Source: Hypanus sabinus (taxonomy: Eukaryota). From it: a DNA stretch of 64,000 nucleotides. The translations under genes were made by a program, and so were the position numbers. The stretch covers positions 167,586,001 to 167,650,000 of the forward strand of contig NC_082711.1 of assembly GCF_030144855.1 (NCBI RefSeq), read 5' to 3'. The notes beneath the pieces are model-generated. The model was not told the origin of the DNA. It did no database searches and saw only the letters and a list, made by a program, of their open reading frames with translations. Shown here piece after piece: positions 1 through 12,864 of the stretch. Numbering within the stretch: the first letter of the stretch is position 1; every line of letters begins with the position of its first letter.

Positions 1-1489
1 ATTAAATCTGAAATGCCTGCTTAATTAATCATCTCTTGAAAATGTACGCATTGAAGGCTATAAATAGTATTAGTAGGGTGTGCATTTAAGATGAGGAGAG
101 TAGGTTCAGGGGAGATATGCAGGGTGAGTGGTGGTTGCCTGGAATGCACTGTCTGGGGTGGTAGTGGAGGGAGATATGACAGGAGCATTCCAGAGGCTGT
201 TAAATACGTAGGTACATGAATGTGCAGGAAATGAACTTTGTGACACAGGGGTTATCAGTTTAGCTGGGAATTTGATTACTTGTTTAATTGGTTCAGCGAT
301 TGTGGGGCCCCTTCCTGTACTGTGCTGCTCTATGTTCTAAGTACAATGGTCAAGGTGGACATAGTGGTTGGATGGACATTTCCTGTTCTGTACAACTCCA
401 TAACCATAAACATGGTGGAATTCAAATCCCTGTGAATGGTGATTACAGTGAGGTGGAAGTTGTCCAAAATCAATTAAGTGCCTTATGTCATTTCAATGGA
501 ATTTCTATGCTGAGTTAGAACTAACATGGTGAGTTCTAGTTTACTATACCAAAGAAATTGGCTATTTACTGGCCTGTTAGGATGTATTCTGGAGTTATGT
601 ATAAATATTAATTTTAACAGCAACCAGTCTTCAGACCTGAATATGGATTGTAGTTTGAGTTTAAAGTACAGCTCAGAACAATGGTGTTCCTGAAGCTACA
701 GATTGGGGTTGATTGCAAACAAAGGAGCACACCGTTAACTCTGTCCAGAATGCAGCCCAGAATCGATGGTGATTAACATTCATTTTGGGTGCCTGGAGTG
801 TTGCTGTGAAGATCTAGCTGTATGCTAATTATATGTAATTCAAAGGAAGCATTGTATATACATTGTAACTGTAGAATTGTCCTGCCGTTACCTTTCATCT
901 TTAGCATATAAAAATGTCATGTAATATTGGATCAGGGTACCTCTTCAAAGAGTGTCTCCAATATGATGCTTGCTTGTGTACTGAATAAAAGACTTCTTCA
1001 GCACACCAGCTTCAGTGTCTCCCAGTGACTTTGATCACAGTCAAAACATTACTGCTGACAAAGTAACTCCATGAACACCATTCTGGCTCCAGTCCCTGAT
1101 AAATTTACTCACTAGTATTTGTCTTTGAAGGTTTCTTGAGATCAAAGCTGACTTGCTTCCATTTCACATCTCTGGATCCTGAGATGCTTTATGCAAGATG
1201 GAAAAAAACAACTGTGGAAGATTCTTTGCCGAATTTTTTGAAAAAGGGATGGTTAATGCCAACCACCTACCATTCAAACTTCACAGAGTAGAGTCTGAGC
1301 ACAATAGCAAGAAAGTTCCAGACAATCGAAGATTCCATTCACACAATTGCAGATGTGGGTGTCAACTTCCACCTATTCTGACGTTGTGGAGCTTTTGCTT
1401 GTGCCTATTGGCAAGGGGGTTGTCAGATTTCCTGATGACCTTTCAAGATTACGAAGACAGCTCAGAATTATAGACCTGAACTGTGGCCA

Positions 1490-3245
1490 ATCAGAGATCA
1501 GGATTCATTGGCAAGGGCAGATAAGGCAGAGGCAAGCTGAGTTGCCCCTGTTGGAGTGGAGGGGATTTAAGGCTTTAGTGAAAGAAGGCGAAAAGATGTA
1601 GGCAGATTTTGTTCTTTTTTTCAATGTATTTATGGTTTCTTTTATAAATCTACTTGTGGGATGTGGGAAAGCAAGGGAGACCTCTTATGTCCCTGACAAC
1701 TTTACCTGCAAGAAGTACATCCAGCTGCAGCTTCCGACACTCTGTGTTAAGGAGTTGGAACTGGAACTGGATGAACTCCGGATCATTCGGGAGGCTGAGG
1801 GGGTGATAACCAGGACATATGGAGAGGTAGTTACACGCAAGGTGCAGGTCACAGGAAACTGGGTGACAATCACGAGGATGAAAGGGTTAAACAGCCAGTG
1901 CAGAGTACTGCTGTGGCCAACCCCCTCCACAACAGGCATACCACTTTGGATGCTTTTGAGGGGGACAACCCAGAAGAGAAAAGTTACAGCCATCAGGTCT
2001 CTGGCTCTCTGGCTCAGAGGGAAGGGGGAGAAGATGAAAGCTGTGGTGATAAGGGCACAGAAAGAATATTCTGTAGATGACAACAGGATTCCTAGATGGG
2101 TATGTTGCCTCCTGGATGCCAGGGTCTGGGACATCGCAGATCGATTCCTCAGCAGGTGAGCAGCCAAAGCTCGGGGTCCATATAATGTAGGTGCCAATGA
2201 CACAGGTAGGAAGAGGGACGAGGTTCTGCAATGTGAGTTCAGGGAGTTATATGTTAAGATAAAGGACAGGACCTCTAGGGTTGTGATCTCAGGATTGCTA
2301 CCTGTGCCACATGCTAGTGAGGCCAGAAAAAGGAAGCTTATGCATATTTAACACATAGTTAAGGAGGGAAGGCTTCAGATTTTTGGATCATAGGGATCTC
2401 TTCCAGCGAAGTTGGGACCTGTACGGAAGAGATAGTTTGCTGTTGACAAGGTCCCCCATGGAAGTTTGGTCATTTGCTTGGCATTCAAGATGAGAGAGTA
2501 AGTTGGATTAGACATTGGCTTTGTGGGAGAAGCCAGAGAGTTGTAGTAGATGGTTGCCTCTTTGACTGGAGGTCTTGACTAGTGGAGTGCCACAGGGGTT
2601 GGTGCTGGATCCTTTGTTTGTCATCTGTATCAACAATCTGGATAACAATGTGGTTAACTGTATTAGCAAATATGTGGATGACACCAAGACTGGGGGGTGT
2701 GGAGGACAGTGATGAAGACTATCAAAGCTTGCAGTGGGATCTGGACCAGCTGGAAAAATGACTGATGGAACTTAATGCAAACAAGTGGGGGGTATTGCCC
2801 TTTGGAAGGGCCAGCCAGGGTAGGTCTTGCATAGTTAGCAGTAGGGTGCTGTGGAGTGTGGTAGATCTGGGTACAAGTGGTGTCACACGTACAAAGGTTC
2901 GTAGAGATAGGGTAAATGCAAGCTGGCTTTTTCCACTGAGGTTGGATGAGACTACAACTAGAGGTGATGGGTTAAGGGTGAAAGGTGAAATGTTTAAGGG
3001 GAACATGAGGAGAAACTTCTTCACTCAGAGTATGGTGAGAGTGTGGAATGAGCTGCCAACGCAAGTGGTGGATGCGATTTGATTTCAACATTTAAGAGAA
3101 GTTTGGTTAAGTACATGGATGACCCAGATATGGAGGACTGTGATCTGGGTGCAGGGCAAGGGAACAAGGCAGTTTAAATGGTTTGGCATGGACTAGATAG
3201 GCTGAAGGCCACGTTTCTGTGTTGTAGTTTTCTATGACTCTATGG
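1490..3245 (+). mobile_element. CR1 LINE, internally deleted (ORF1 zinc finger/coiled coil/esterase relic plus ORF2 3' part)
   Basis: VPDNFTCKK.IQLQL..VKELELELDELRIIRE; VCCL.ARV and VVISGLLPVP esterase-like relics; TSGVPQG, SKYVDDTK, RNFFTQ...VWNELP; TCTATGAC-type tail. Confidence 0.88.
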
Positions 3246-4249
3246 CCTTGCCATTCACTACACATACATATTTAAAGATTTAAAGCCCCACAACCATTTT
3301 GTTGAATCTTTAAATGTGTATTTGTAGTAAATGGCAGGCTCCTTCTGTTTTCCATCAATATTTCTGTTTGTGAGGATTCTACTGTGCCAGGATATTACTA
3401 TAGATACTTAGACATTGCTGGGTGGAGCTAGCAACAAACCACATGTGTTTAACAAAGAGCATAAAAAAGCTTGTACAAAATTGTGGGTTAACTTGTATTA
3501 GTACTGATTGCCTCCTAATAGTCTGCTTTGTTGGTATTTCATCTATTGGTTATGTAAACATATTCACTATGATTAATTAACTGTGGAAAAATTGAATCTA
3601 TGACAGAAATGCTATAGTTAATGCCAAAGTAATCACTCCGCTACAAGCTGCTGTCTGAATTTTAAATGCAAGATTTACTACTGCAGCAGCGTGAGTGATA
3701 TTTCATTTGAAGCAGTTACATATTTTTAAAATCATGAATAGAATAATGGAAACAATTGCAAGGCAGTAATCTATTTGAAGAATCTGAACTCCTAAGATAA
3801 CACCATGAGTAAAAATGATTCGTTTAACAATCGTCAATTAAACACAAAACAGATCACCTGAAATACGTAATTTGAGAATGACTGTAAAGGTGATCTCAAT
3901 TTTGACCTATTGATTTTAATTCAACAATTGTGACCTTGTTGATTCTTAAACAATAACCAATAATCAGATATGATAATACTAAAGGTTGCATGTATTAGCA
4001 GTAGCAGATTGAAATGCTACTTCTAAGACAGAGGCACCCTCCCTTTTTACATTGGCCTTAGTTTTGACAAAGTGAAGATAATTCACTTCTTTGTCACTGT
4101 GTGTAGTTAGCACAGAAACCGGATTGCTAAATTAGTGCCAAGGAGTCACTTTTGCTCCAAGTTAATCTCTACCACAGAAAGAGCCAAAAACAGTATTAAA
4201 TCCAAATTAAATAATCTTCCTTTGGATTGAGTCAGAGATCATGAAGTAC

Positions 4250-4450
4250 CTTTAAGTCAATGAAAATTGCTGCATGTTCTCCTGACTCCCCCTTCCTGAA
4301 GTCCACAATCAATTCCTTAGTCTTGCTGATGTTAAATGCAAGTTTGCTACTGCGACACTGGTCAACCAACTCATCTATCTCTTTTATGCTTCCTCATCGG
4401 CGTCTGAGAATCTGCCAACAGAGGTTGTCATCAGTGAATTTATAGACGGT
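4250..4450 (-). mobile_element. Rex/Babar-like LINE RT fragment
   Basis: Minus strand reads YKFTDDNL and KELIVDFRK; similar to 12500-12640. Confidence 0.7.
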
Positions 4451-4539
4451 GTGGAAAGCCTCAACACATGGTAAACTCTGCACACTTCTCCTCAAGGGTT
4501 AGTTGCTTTCAGATATTAATTGACAATGTGGAGCTAAAT

Positions 4540-4710
4540 TCTGCCATGGACCACCCCAAGACCTCATCTCTGTGAGAGGAAGGATCTTCAATGATGGACT
4601 TCACCTGGGGACAACTTGAAAGGCTGGCCCAGGACAGAGGGCTTTAGTGAGCTGCTGGTACAGCCCATGACCCAGTAGTGGTGATGGGCTTAAGGAGAAG
4701 AAAAAGAAGC
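4540..4710 (+). mobile_element. RTE-like LINE 3' end
   Basis: Encodes a TWGQLERLAQDR-type C-terminus followed by a GAA-rich tail. Confidence 0.55.
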
Positions 4711-4855
4711 TAGCTAGCATTTTCAGTATCCACTGCAGAGTTAACCAGAGAACAAAGATTCAAAATAAATATAGACATTTTTTGGAAAAACTCAGCAGGA
4801 TAAGCAGCACCTGTGGAGAGAGAAACAGATGACCTTTCATTGGAATAGAACCTTT

Positions 4856-7663
4856 TACACTTCCTTGGAAAAGTATTCAGCAACCTCTCCCCCACCCCCC
4901 AACCCTTTGTTCACATAAATGAGTATTACAACCAGGGACTTTGATCAATTTAATTGAGAATTTTTATCTGTGAATCACATGCTCCTTTTTCACAGCACAG
5001 CCCCCAAAGAGGGAAAATTCTAAAGCAAGAAAATCTAGAGATTCAAAAACCAACATGCCAGCTGTTCAAAAGTATTCATCCTCCTTTGCTTAGTACTTAA
5101 TTGAACCACCTCTCGCAGCATTTAGGGCCAGTAGTCTTTTTGAATCAGTCTCTATTTTCACAATGTGATAGAGCACAATTTCTCATTACTTCTTGCAAAA
5201 TTGCCCAAGCTGTACTAGGTTACTTGGGGGAGCAGTGGACAACAACCTTGAGTCTTGCCAGAGATTTTCGATCAAGTTAAACTCAAGACTCTGACTGGAC
5301 CACTCAAGGACATTAATTTTCTTCATTTGGAGCACACTCTGGCAGTGTGCTTTGGGTTATTCTTCTGCTGAAAAATAAACTTCCTCCCAGGTTTAAACTT
5401 TTAGGTAGAGGCTAGCAGGTTTTTATCCAGGATCTCTTTATTTAGCAGCCTTCATCATCCCATCAATCCTGACCAGATTTCCAGACCCTGCTGCTCAAGA
5501 GCATCCCCATTGCCTAAGACTGTAAGACCCTAAGACATAGGAGCAGAATTAGGCTAATCAGCTCATCGTCTGTTCTGCCATTCCATCGTGGACCTCTGGC
5601 ACACTGCTAGTGTCTTCCACAGTGAAGACAAATGCAAAGTACCCATTAAGTTTGTTGCCATTCCTTTGTCCCCCATTACTACCTCACCAGTATCATTTTC
5701 CAGTAGTCCAATATCAACTCTCACCTCCCTTTTACTATTTATATTACAGAAAAAGTTTTTAGTATCCTGTTTTTATATTATTGGCTAATTTGCTCTTATA
5801 TTGCATCTTTTCCATTCTTATAGCTTTTTTAGCTGCCTTTTGTTGGATTTTAAAAGCTTCCCAATTGTCCAACTTTCTGTTCACTTTTGCGACCTTATAT
5901 GCCCTTTCCTCGGCTTTTTGCCCACTGCTGCCATTTAAGAACTTATCCTTCTGTAGGACATATCTATCCTGAGCCTTGTGAACTATTCCCACCTCTGCTC
6001 TGCTGACATTCCTGTCAGTATCCTCCTCCAAACCACAAAGGCAAGCTCCTCTCTCATGCCTCTGTAATTCCCTTAATTCCATTGTAATATGATACATGTG
6101 ACTCGTGCTTCTCCCTCTCAAGTTGCAGTATAAATTCATATTATGATCACTGCCTCCTAAGGGTTCCTTTACGTTAAGCTCCCTAATAAAATCTGGGTTA
6201 TTACACACACCCAGTCTAAGATAGTCTTTCCCTGCGTAGACTCAATCACAAGCTGCCCTAAAAAGCCATCTCATAGCCATTCAAAAAGTTCCCTCTCTTG
6301 CTATCTGACACCAACCTGATTTTCCCAATCCCCTTGCATATTGAAGTCTCCTCTTACAATTGTGACATTACCTTTATTACATGCCTTTTCCAACTCCGTT
6401 TGCAATCTCAGCACCACATCTTGGCTACTTCTTGGAGGCCTATATGATTCCCATAAAGTCTTTTTTACCCTTGCTGTTTCTTAACTCCCTCCACAAAGAT
6501 TCAACATTCTTTGACCCTATGTCACCTCGTTCTATAGATGTAATTCCATCTCTTACCAACAGAGCCACACCACCACCTATGCCTTCCTGCTTGCCTTTCA
6601 ATACAAAGTATATCCTTTGGTGTTAAGCTCCCAACTATGGCATTCTTTCAGCCACGACAAAGTGATGCCCACCACATCATACCAACCAATCTCTAATTAC
6701 GCCACGAGTTTCACCACCAATCTCTAATTGCTCATGATGGTACCTCCGCCATATTTTATAGTAGGGATGGTGTTACCTGGCTGTTGTGCAGTATTGGATT
6801 TACAACACTTCCAAGTTAGTGTTGAGGCCAAAATGTTCTACTTTACTCTCATCTGACCACAAAGACCTTCTTCTATATCTATCTAGTATCTTGTAAATGA
6901 TGCTTTGCAAAGTTTTCACAGGCAAGGATATGCCTTTTTTTCCTGTCAGGGCTTCTTCCATAAATACCCTTTTTGTACAAGGCATTAGAGATTGTGGAAA
7001 CATGAACTTCATCTCCATTTGCAGCCACTGACTTCTGCAGCTCATTCAGAGTGACTGCTGTCATTATAGTAGCTTCTCTTACAAGTGCCATGCTTCTCCA
7101 GCAACTATGTTTAGAGAGGCAGCCTGAACTAAGTAGTGTGGTTGAGGTTTGACGATGGACAGCACTGAGCTTTGAGGTATGTTCAGTGCCTTTAAGATGG
7201 TCTTGTGCCCTTCCCCAGACTTGTGCTCCTCTATTATCATTTCCATGATTTGGTCTTGAATGCTCTTTTATCTTCATTTTGGATTGGTCTGTTGAAAATC
7301 TACCATACTGTTGGACCTGACAAATAGAGGGGGTATAGATTCTTATGAATTCATTGAAAACAGATGAGCCTCCAATTTTCTACATAACAAATTGTGTGAG
7401 TTGTTAAGATAATATATAGCACCTGAGGAAAGTTAGTGTAGTACTAATTACAAAGGGGATGAATACTTTTTCTGCCTCACAATTTTCTTTCTATTTTTAG
7501 TAAATTGTTGACAGGTTTTGGAATTTTTCTTTTGATTTGTCATGATGCACAATGTTTTGTAGATTAGCTCAAAAATCCGATTTCAATATATTTTAAGTTT
7601 AGAAAATGAGACAGTTAAATGTGAAAATAGTTGTGGGGGTTGAATACTTTTTCAAGGTACACT
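4856..7663 (-). mobile_element. Tc1-like DNA transposon (IR/DR type), decayed, split by a CR1 insertion
   Basis: Inverted ends CCTTGGAAAAGTATTCA / TGAATACTTTTTCAAGG with inner repeats near 5067 and 7451. Minus-strand MKIKEHS... N-terminus, WSDESK (about 6850) and a WSSQS..NLIENLW relic (about 5260-5310). Confidence 0.88.
5514..6731 (-). mobile_element. CR1 LINE fragment nested in the Tc1 transposase
   Basis: EPLGGSDHN endonuclease end, KLANNIK, TCTTA-type tail; possible TSD ATTGC (5509-5513, 6727-6731). Confidence 0.85.
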
Positions 7664-8779
7664 AAATTTGGAGTTCTGTTTTGGTGTAACCTTGAAATAA
7701 AGAACAGAGCAAGAAGGATGATGAAATGTGATTTCTTTAGGCAGGGGGGTCTGTTGTCAGTAATGGTGATGAACCTTATAATAAGCACTTAGCTATGTTT
7801 TGGAACTTATTTGCAAGGTTCTATGCAGAGGGACATGTCAGTCTTTCACAATTGGTATAGCTCTAATGGGCTGAACGGCCTTCTCTGGGTCAGAAGCACA
7901 ATTTATTCTGCAATTGCTGGAAATCCAGAGTAACAGACTCAAATTACTGGAAGAACTCGACAGGTCAGATAGCATCTGGGGGGGGGGGGGGGTATTAAAA
8001 AGTTGACTTTCCAAAGGGTTTTTTTACACAATTTTAATCTATTCAATATATGTATATTGTAATTTATTTATTATTATATTTTGGTTTTTCTGCTATATTA
8101 TGTATTGCATTGAATTGCTGCTCAGCAAAGAAATTTCACGTCACACGCCGGTGATAATAAACCTGATTCTGAATCTGACTTGTTGAGTTCCTTCAGCTTT
8201 TTGTGTGTTGCTCTGGCTTTCTGTGTGTTCTGTGACATTGAATTTCAAAGCTCAGTCTTATTATTATGTTGTCATGTTCACTGTTATTTTGATTAAATTA
8301 TGGCAGAATTATCAGGAGAATATAGAGAGGCTGAATTTTTAAACATGATCTACTTTGACCACCTTTTAGTAGTCAACACACAAACTTACTTGCTGAACGA
8401 TAAACGATTTTCTGTTTCTGACCACACAAAACACCATACCATAAATTGTTAAATAAACACAGAAATGTCCCCCGTTTATTAGAATAAGTCGCTCCAAGGC
8501 ATGGAAAAGAGAAGTTATTTAACAGATCTGCATAGGAACAATCTGAATGTTATGAGGAAAAGCTGTTTAGATTCGTTGTGGAGCAGATGGATCCGACAGT
8601 CTCCTTAACGTTAAGTCTACGTCCACAATGAGTTTTGAATTTGTATTACTGGATTTTAAGTTAGGGGCACTTTCAACAAATCACTCACGATACTCTGCCA
8701 ACATTTTAAACTTTATCTTTCATCCATCCCTTTAACCCAAGCACTTGGCCTCAGTGAAATATTTTTCCGCCTTTTTCCT

Positions 8780-9560
8780 CTCCTCAGCGACTCCGCCCTC
8801 GCCTGCCACCTCGGGATTGGTTCACATGGAGCTGCCACCTGCCTTCGCCTAGCGGCACTGGCATGCAACGCAGCAAAGCAATCTGTCGTTACAAAGTGAA
8901 AAGCTCCCCACTCTCAGCAAAGAGAGAGACAGGGACGGAAGCTGCGGAGTAGCGGAGAGCACCACGTTCTCACTGACAGGCAGCAAGCACTCTCTGCCTC
9001 CCCATTGGATTCCAACTCGGAGGTCTGACATGAAACCTGTGGATAATTAATATATATTTTCAAACATTGAGCGCAGAGCCCCGGGTGCTCAATTCCTGAC
9101 CGTTTTACAAACTGACCTCACTGGCTTTTCATGTGAAGACTTGGAGGCAGCGGGGTGAGGACGGGGGGCTGAAAGAGGACGCGGAAACCTCCCGGCTGTC
9201 TTCCAGATGCATTCACTGCTGGATCGCAAAAAGAAGGACGCTGGTGCCGAGCTGGGGTTCGCCGAGGTGCAAGCGGGCGGACTACTGCCCCAAGTCCAAA
9301 GGATGTGGTCGGGTGTGGGCTGCCTCTGGGTCCTGCTCTCCTCTTGCCTGGTAGCGGTGTGCAGCTTCAGCATTATCTCGCCCGCCTGGATCGTCAAGGA
9401 GCAAGGCAAGGACTCGGTGAGCTTCGGGCTGCTCTGGCACTGCTCGGAGGCGGTCTACAACTGTTACACTTTCGGCAGCCTCGGGAGCTTCGCTGACATC
9501 CCCTCGGGGTCCTGGCAGGTAAACCATTACGGAGGGGCTGCTGGTGGGGGTCTGTCGGAA
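8780..9560 (+). promoter_or_regulatory. CpG-island-like promoter / first-exon region
   Basis: CpG density rises sharply against a CpG-depleted background. GC box CCGCCC at 8793-8798, inverted CCAAT (ATTGG) at 8816-8820 and 9004-9008, AT-rich TATA-like run at about 9044-9057. CpG enrichment continues patchily to about 11.4 kb. Confidence 0.65.
9207..9518 (+). CDS. LHFPL7: First coding exon of an LHFPL tetraspan family gene, best resembling LHFPL7/TMEM211; likely start at ATG 9303, possible upstream in-frame ATG 9207
   Basis: Translation MWSGVGCLWVLLSSCLVAVCSFSIISPAW...SVSFGLLWHC...C.TFGSLGSFADIPSGSWQ gives a TM helix followed by FSxISPAW, SFG, two Cys and DIPxxxW, as I recall for TMEM211. The exon ends at a phase-0 donor CAG|GTAAAC (GT 9519-9520). 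The ORF track beyond this point is intron read-through. Confidence 0.8.
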
Positions 9561-11749
9561 GACAGGGGAAAAGTTATATTCACCAGTTGCAATATGTGTT
9601 ACTTGGAAAGTCAAACTGTCCTGTTGAAGACCTCACCGACTGCAAACCTTTTCCGATGTTTTATATATATATCAATGTACGTAGGCACGTGGATGTATAC
9701 GCGTATAAATGTATGTGTATATATTTTAATGATAAATACTTAACCCAGGACAATAAGTAACAGTTTTACACTAGTCAAATGGGTAATAATTGTACAGGGA
9801 AAGCCAAGTTCAAATGATTTATGTAGGTTATATATTATGTTTGTCCTTTCTCAGAAATGACAATTCGTCGACGGATTTATGAATAGTTTAATGTCACTGA
9901 GTTCGGAAAACATCAATGAGGTGGGAAATAACATCCACTATATCCGGTGGCTGATTAAAAGATGTAGTTCCCCAGCACAATATACACTACTAACTTCCCT
10001 GACAAACCCGGTCCGCGTCGGTTGAGCACTCGGTAACCCAGTCCTAAAGGTTAAAAGTGAAAAAGAGACTGCTTTTGTTTGTCTTGGAGGTTCCGTGGTC
10101 CCGGCCCTCATTTGACACCGTCTATCCTCAGTGGCAGCTGAAAAATCACCCGGTGATGAATTTTCCCGGAAAGCCTACGTTCTAGTAACGTGTACCGATT
10201 GTAGTCAGCTCTAGAATGTAAGTGGGTCGCGATTCTTGTGTGCCGTTACAACCAGTGTCTTAGTGAGGATTGTCAGTCTCTGTGTTAGTAATAGTTCGTA
10301 TTATTGATTATGGCCCTTTTGAAGGACTTGGGTTCGCTTGCGCTCTTTCCGTGCGGCAATTTTGTTTCCCGGACAAAATTGCAACAAGCAAATGGAGTTG
10401 AAAGGGTTAACTGAAGGGTTAGTCTCTTTTGCTGAAATGTGCCTTGCGCCGGGTAATTTTACTTGAAACAACAGGCGGCGCCGTCCTTCACCCCGATCGT
10501 TGACCGGTCACAACTGCAGCGGGAGCGCATCTCAGCTTTACGAATCCTACCTAAAACTGTGATACAGGATTTGTACCGATACATCAGCAGAATTTAATAT
10601 TTCCAACCCCGAGTCTGCTTCCTTTAGGTATTGGCTTACAAAAATAATTGTTCTGAATTTTTATTATTTGTACAATTGGATCTTGATTGTAAGGTTTTGC
10701 CCCAAGGGTCATAATTATTTCTGAATCACCATTTTCTATAAATTATGAATAAAAGTAGGTATTTTTCTTCATTTAGCAACCCTTTACAGGCAGCATAAAG
10801 AGGCCAGATCAATAGATCTGGCAAAGCTCATAGCATAGTGATACGTGTCATGTTAAATCATATCATCAGCTCACTTGGATTTGTAGGAATGATGCACGGT
10901 GCTCCGGGATCATCAGTCACCCATAAACAAAATAGAAGGCTTGGCAAATATGTTTGCAGGGAGATAATAGTTCCTTTAGCCAAAACGTGACCGGACTTCA
11001 AACGACTGTTACTGTTCTCGATAAAAGTCACCAGATTAATTAGCTTGTGCGCTGAACATTTAAGACCCGCGTCGCTTAAAAGGTTCTGTGGGCCCAGGGT
11101 TGTGTACTTAAATGTTACACGTATGACAGGAATGATACATAATTGGATTGAATGGGATTGGATTTTCTCCGTTATGAATGGGTTCATAGTTATCAGGAGC
11201 TGACAGGACTTGTTACAATGGCGGGTGTGAGTTATCCATCTGTATAATCTGTTTATCTGCCTTTCGGGTTATTCGTTTCTGCATTGATTCCGCTCTGTTA
11301 ACCCTTTGAGGTGCAGTGTCGCATCTGGTTAACAACTTTCCTGCAAATCTCCGTTTGAAAGCTTCCAATTTGGCATTTTGATCCTACCATTGAGCGAAAG
11401 TACAATGTCACGAAAGGTGTTCAGTGTGACAAAGCTAATCTGTCCTTCCTTGCTTTTCTTGGCCTTTGATACAGTAAATCTGAACATCCTCGTTCACCAG
11501 CTCTCCTGAATTCGATTGTTGTTCTTTATTTTTCTCTAAATGCCTGCAGGAAACAGAATCTCAAAGTAGTGTAAGGTAACATGTGCTTATTTTAATAATA
11601 AAGGTTACCTTAACTTTGATAGCAAGCCAGGTAGGTTGTGCCACACTTGACTGATTGCGTTCTTATCTCTCCTGATTTGGCCAGACTATCAATTGTTTCT
11701 CTCTCTATATCCACTGACCCATCCCCTTCATTTCTCATCTAGGTTCACA

Positions 11750-12864
11750 TTTCTCAGAATCAGGTTTATTATCACCGGCATGTGTAGTGAAATTTGTTAA
11801 CTTAGCAGCAATAGATAATACAGAAGAAATAATAATAAAAAATAAGTAAATCAATTACAATATATTTAATTACATCTATTGAATAGATTAAAATCGTGCA
11901 AAATACAGAAATAGTATATATTTAAAAAGTAAGGTAGTATCCAAGGATTCAATGTCCATTTAGGAATCAGATGACAAAGGGAAGAAGCTGTTCCTGAATC
12001 ACTGAGTGTGTGCCTTGAGGCTTCTGTACCTCCAACCTGATGGTAACAGTGAGAAAAGGGCATGCGCTGGGTGCTGGAGGTCCTTAGTAATGGACGCTGC
12101 CTTTCTAAGACACCATTCCCTAAAGATGTCCTGGGTACTTTGTAGGCTAGTACCTAAGATGGAACTAACTAGATTTACAACCCTCTGCAGCTTCTTTAGG
12201 TCCTGTGAAGTAGTCCCCCCCCCCCCCCCATACCAGACAGTGATGCAGCCTTTCAGAATGTTCTCCACAGTACATCTTAAGAAGTTTTTTAGTGTATTTA
12301 TTAATATACCAAATCTCATCAAATTCCTAATGAAGTATAGTAGCTGTCTTGCCTTCATATAACTGTATTGATATGTTGGGACCAGGTTAGGTCCTCAGAG
12401 ATTTTGACAGCCAGGAACTTGAAACTGCTCACTCTCTCCACTTCTGATCCCTCTATGAGGATTGGTATGTGTTCCTTCGTCTTGCCCCAAGTCCATAATC
12501 AGCTCTTTCATCTTATTATCGTTGAGTGCCAGGTTGTTGCTGCGACACCACTCCACTAGTTGGCATATCTCACTCCTGTATGCCCTCTCGTCACCATTGA
12601 GATTCTACCAACAATGGTTGTATCGTCAGCAAATTTATAGATGGTACTTGAGCTATGCCTAGCCACACATTCATGTGTAAGTGGAGAGTAGAGCAGTGGG
12701 CTAAGCACATACCCCTGAGGTGTGCTGGTGTTGGGCGTCAGTGAGGCGGATATGTTATCACCAATCCGCACAGACTGTGGTCTTCTGGTTAGGAAGTCGA
12801 GGATCCAACTGCAGAGGGAGGTACGGAGAATCAGGTTCTGTAACTTCTCAATCAGGATTCTCAT
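11750..12864 (-). mobile_element. Rex/Babar-like LINE, 5'-truncated
   Basis: [33 protein letters not shown]...RCTVENILKGCITVWYG (DUF1891-like); AATAAACCTGATTCTGA tail. Confidence 0.88.

Noticed and set aside
850-1050. Possible small solo LTR (TATAAAA, AATAAA, ends in CA)
   Set aside because: I could not define a matching 5' terminus or TSD.
8950-8972. REST/RE1-like half site AGCACCACG in the promoter
   Set aside because: The right half GGACAG is absent at the proper spacing.
9519-9743. C-terminal part of the 178-aa ORF 9207..9743
   Set aside because: It lies after a canonical GT donor and LHFPL similarity stops there; intron read-through.
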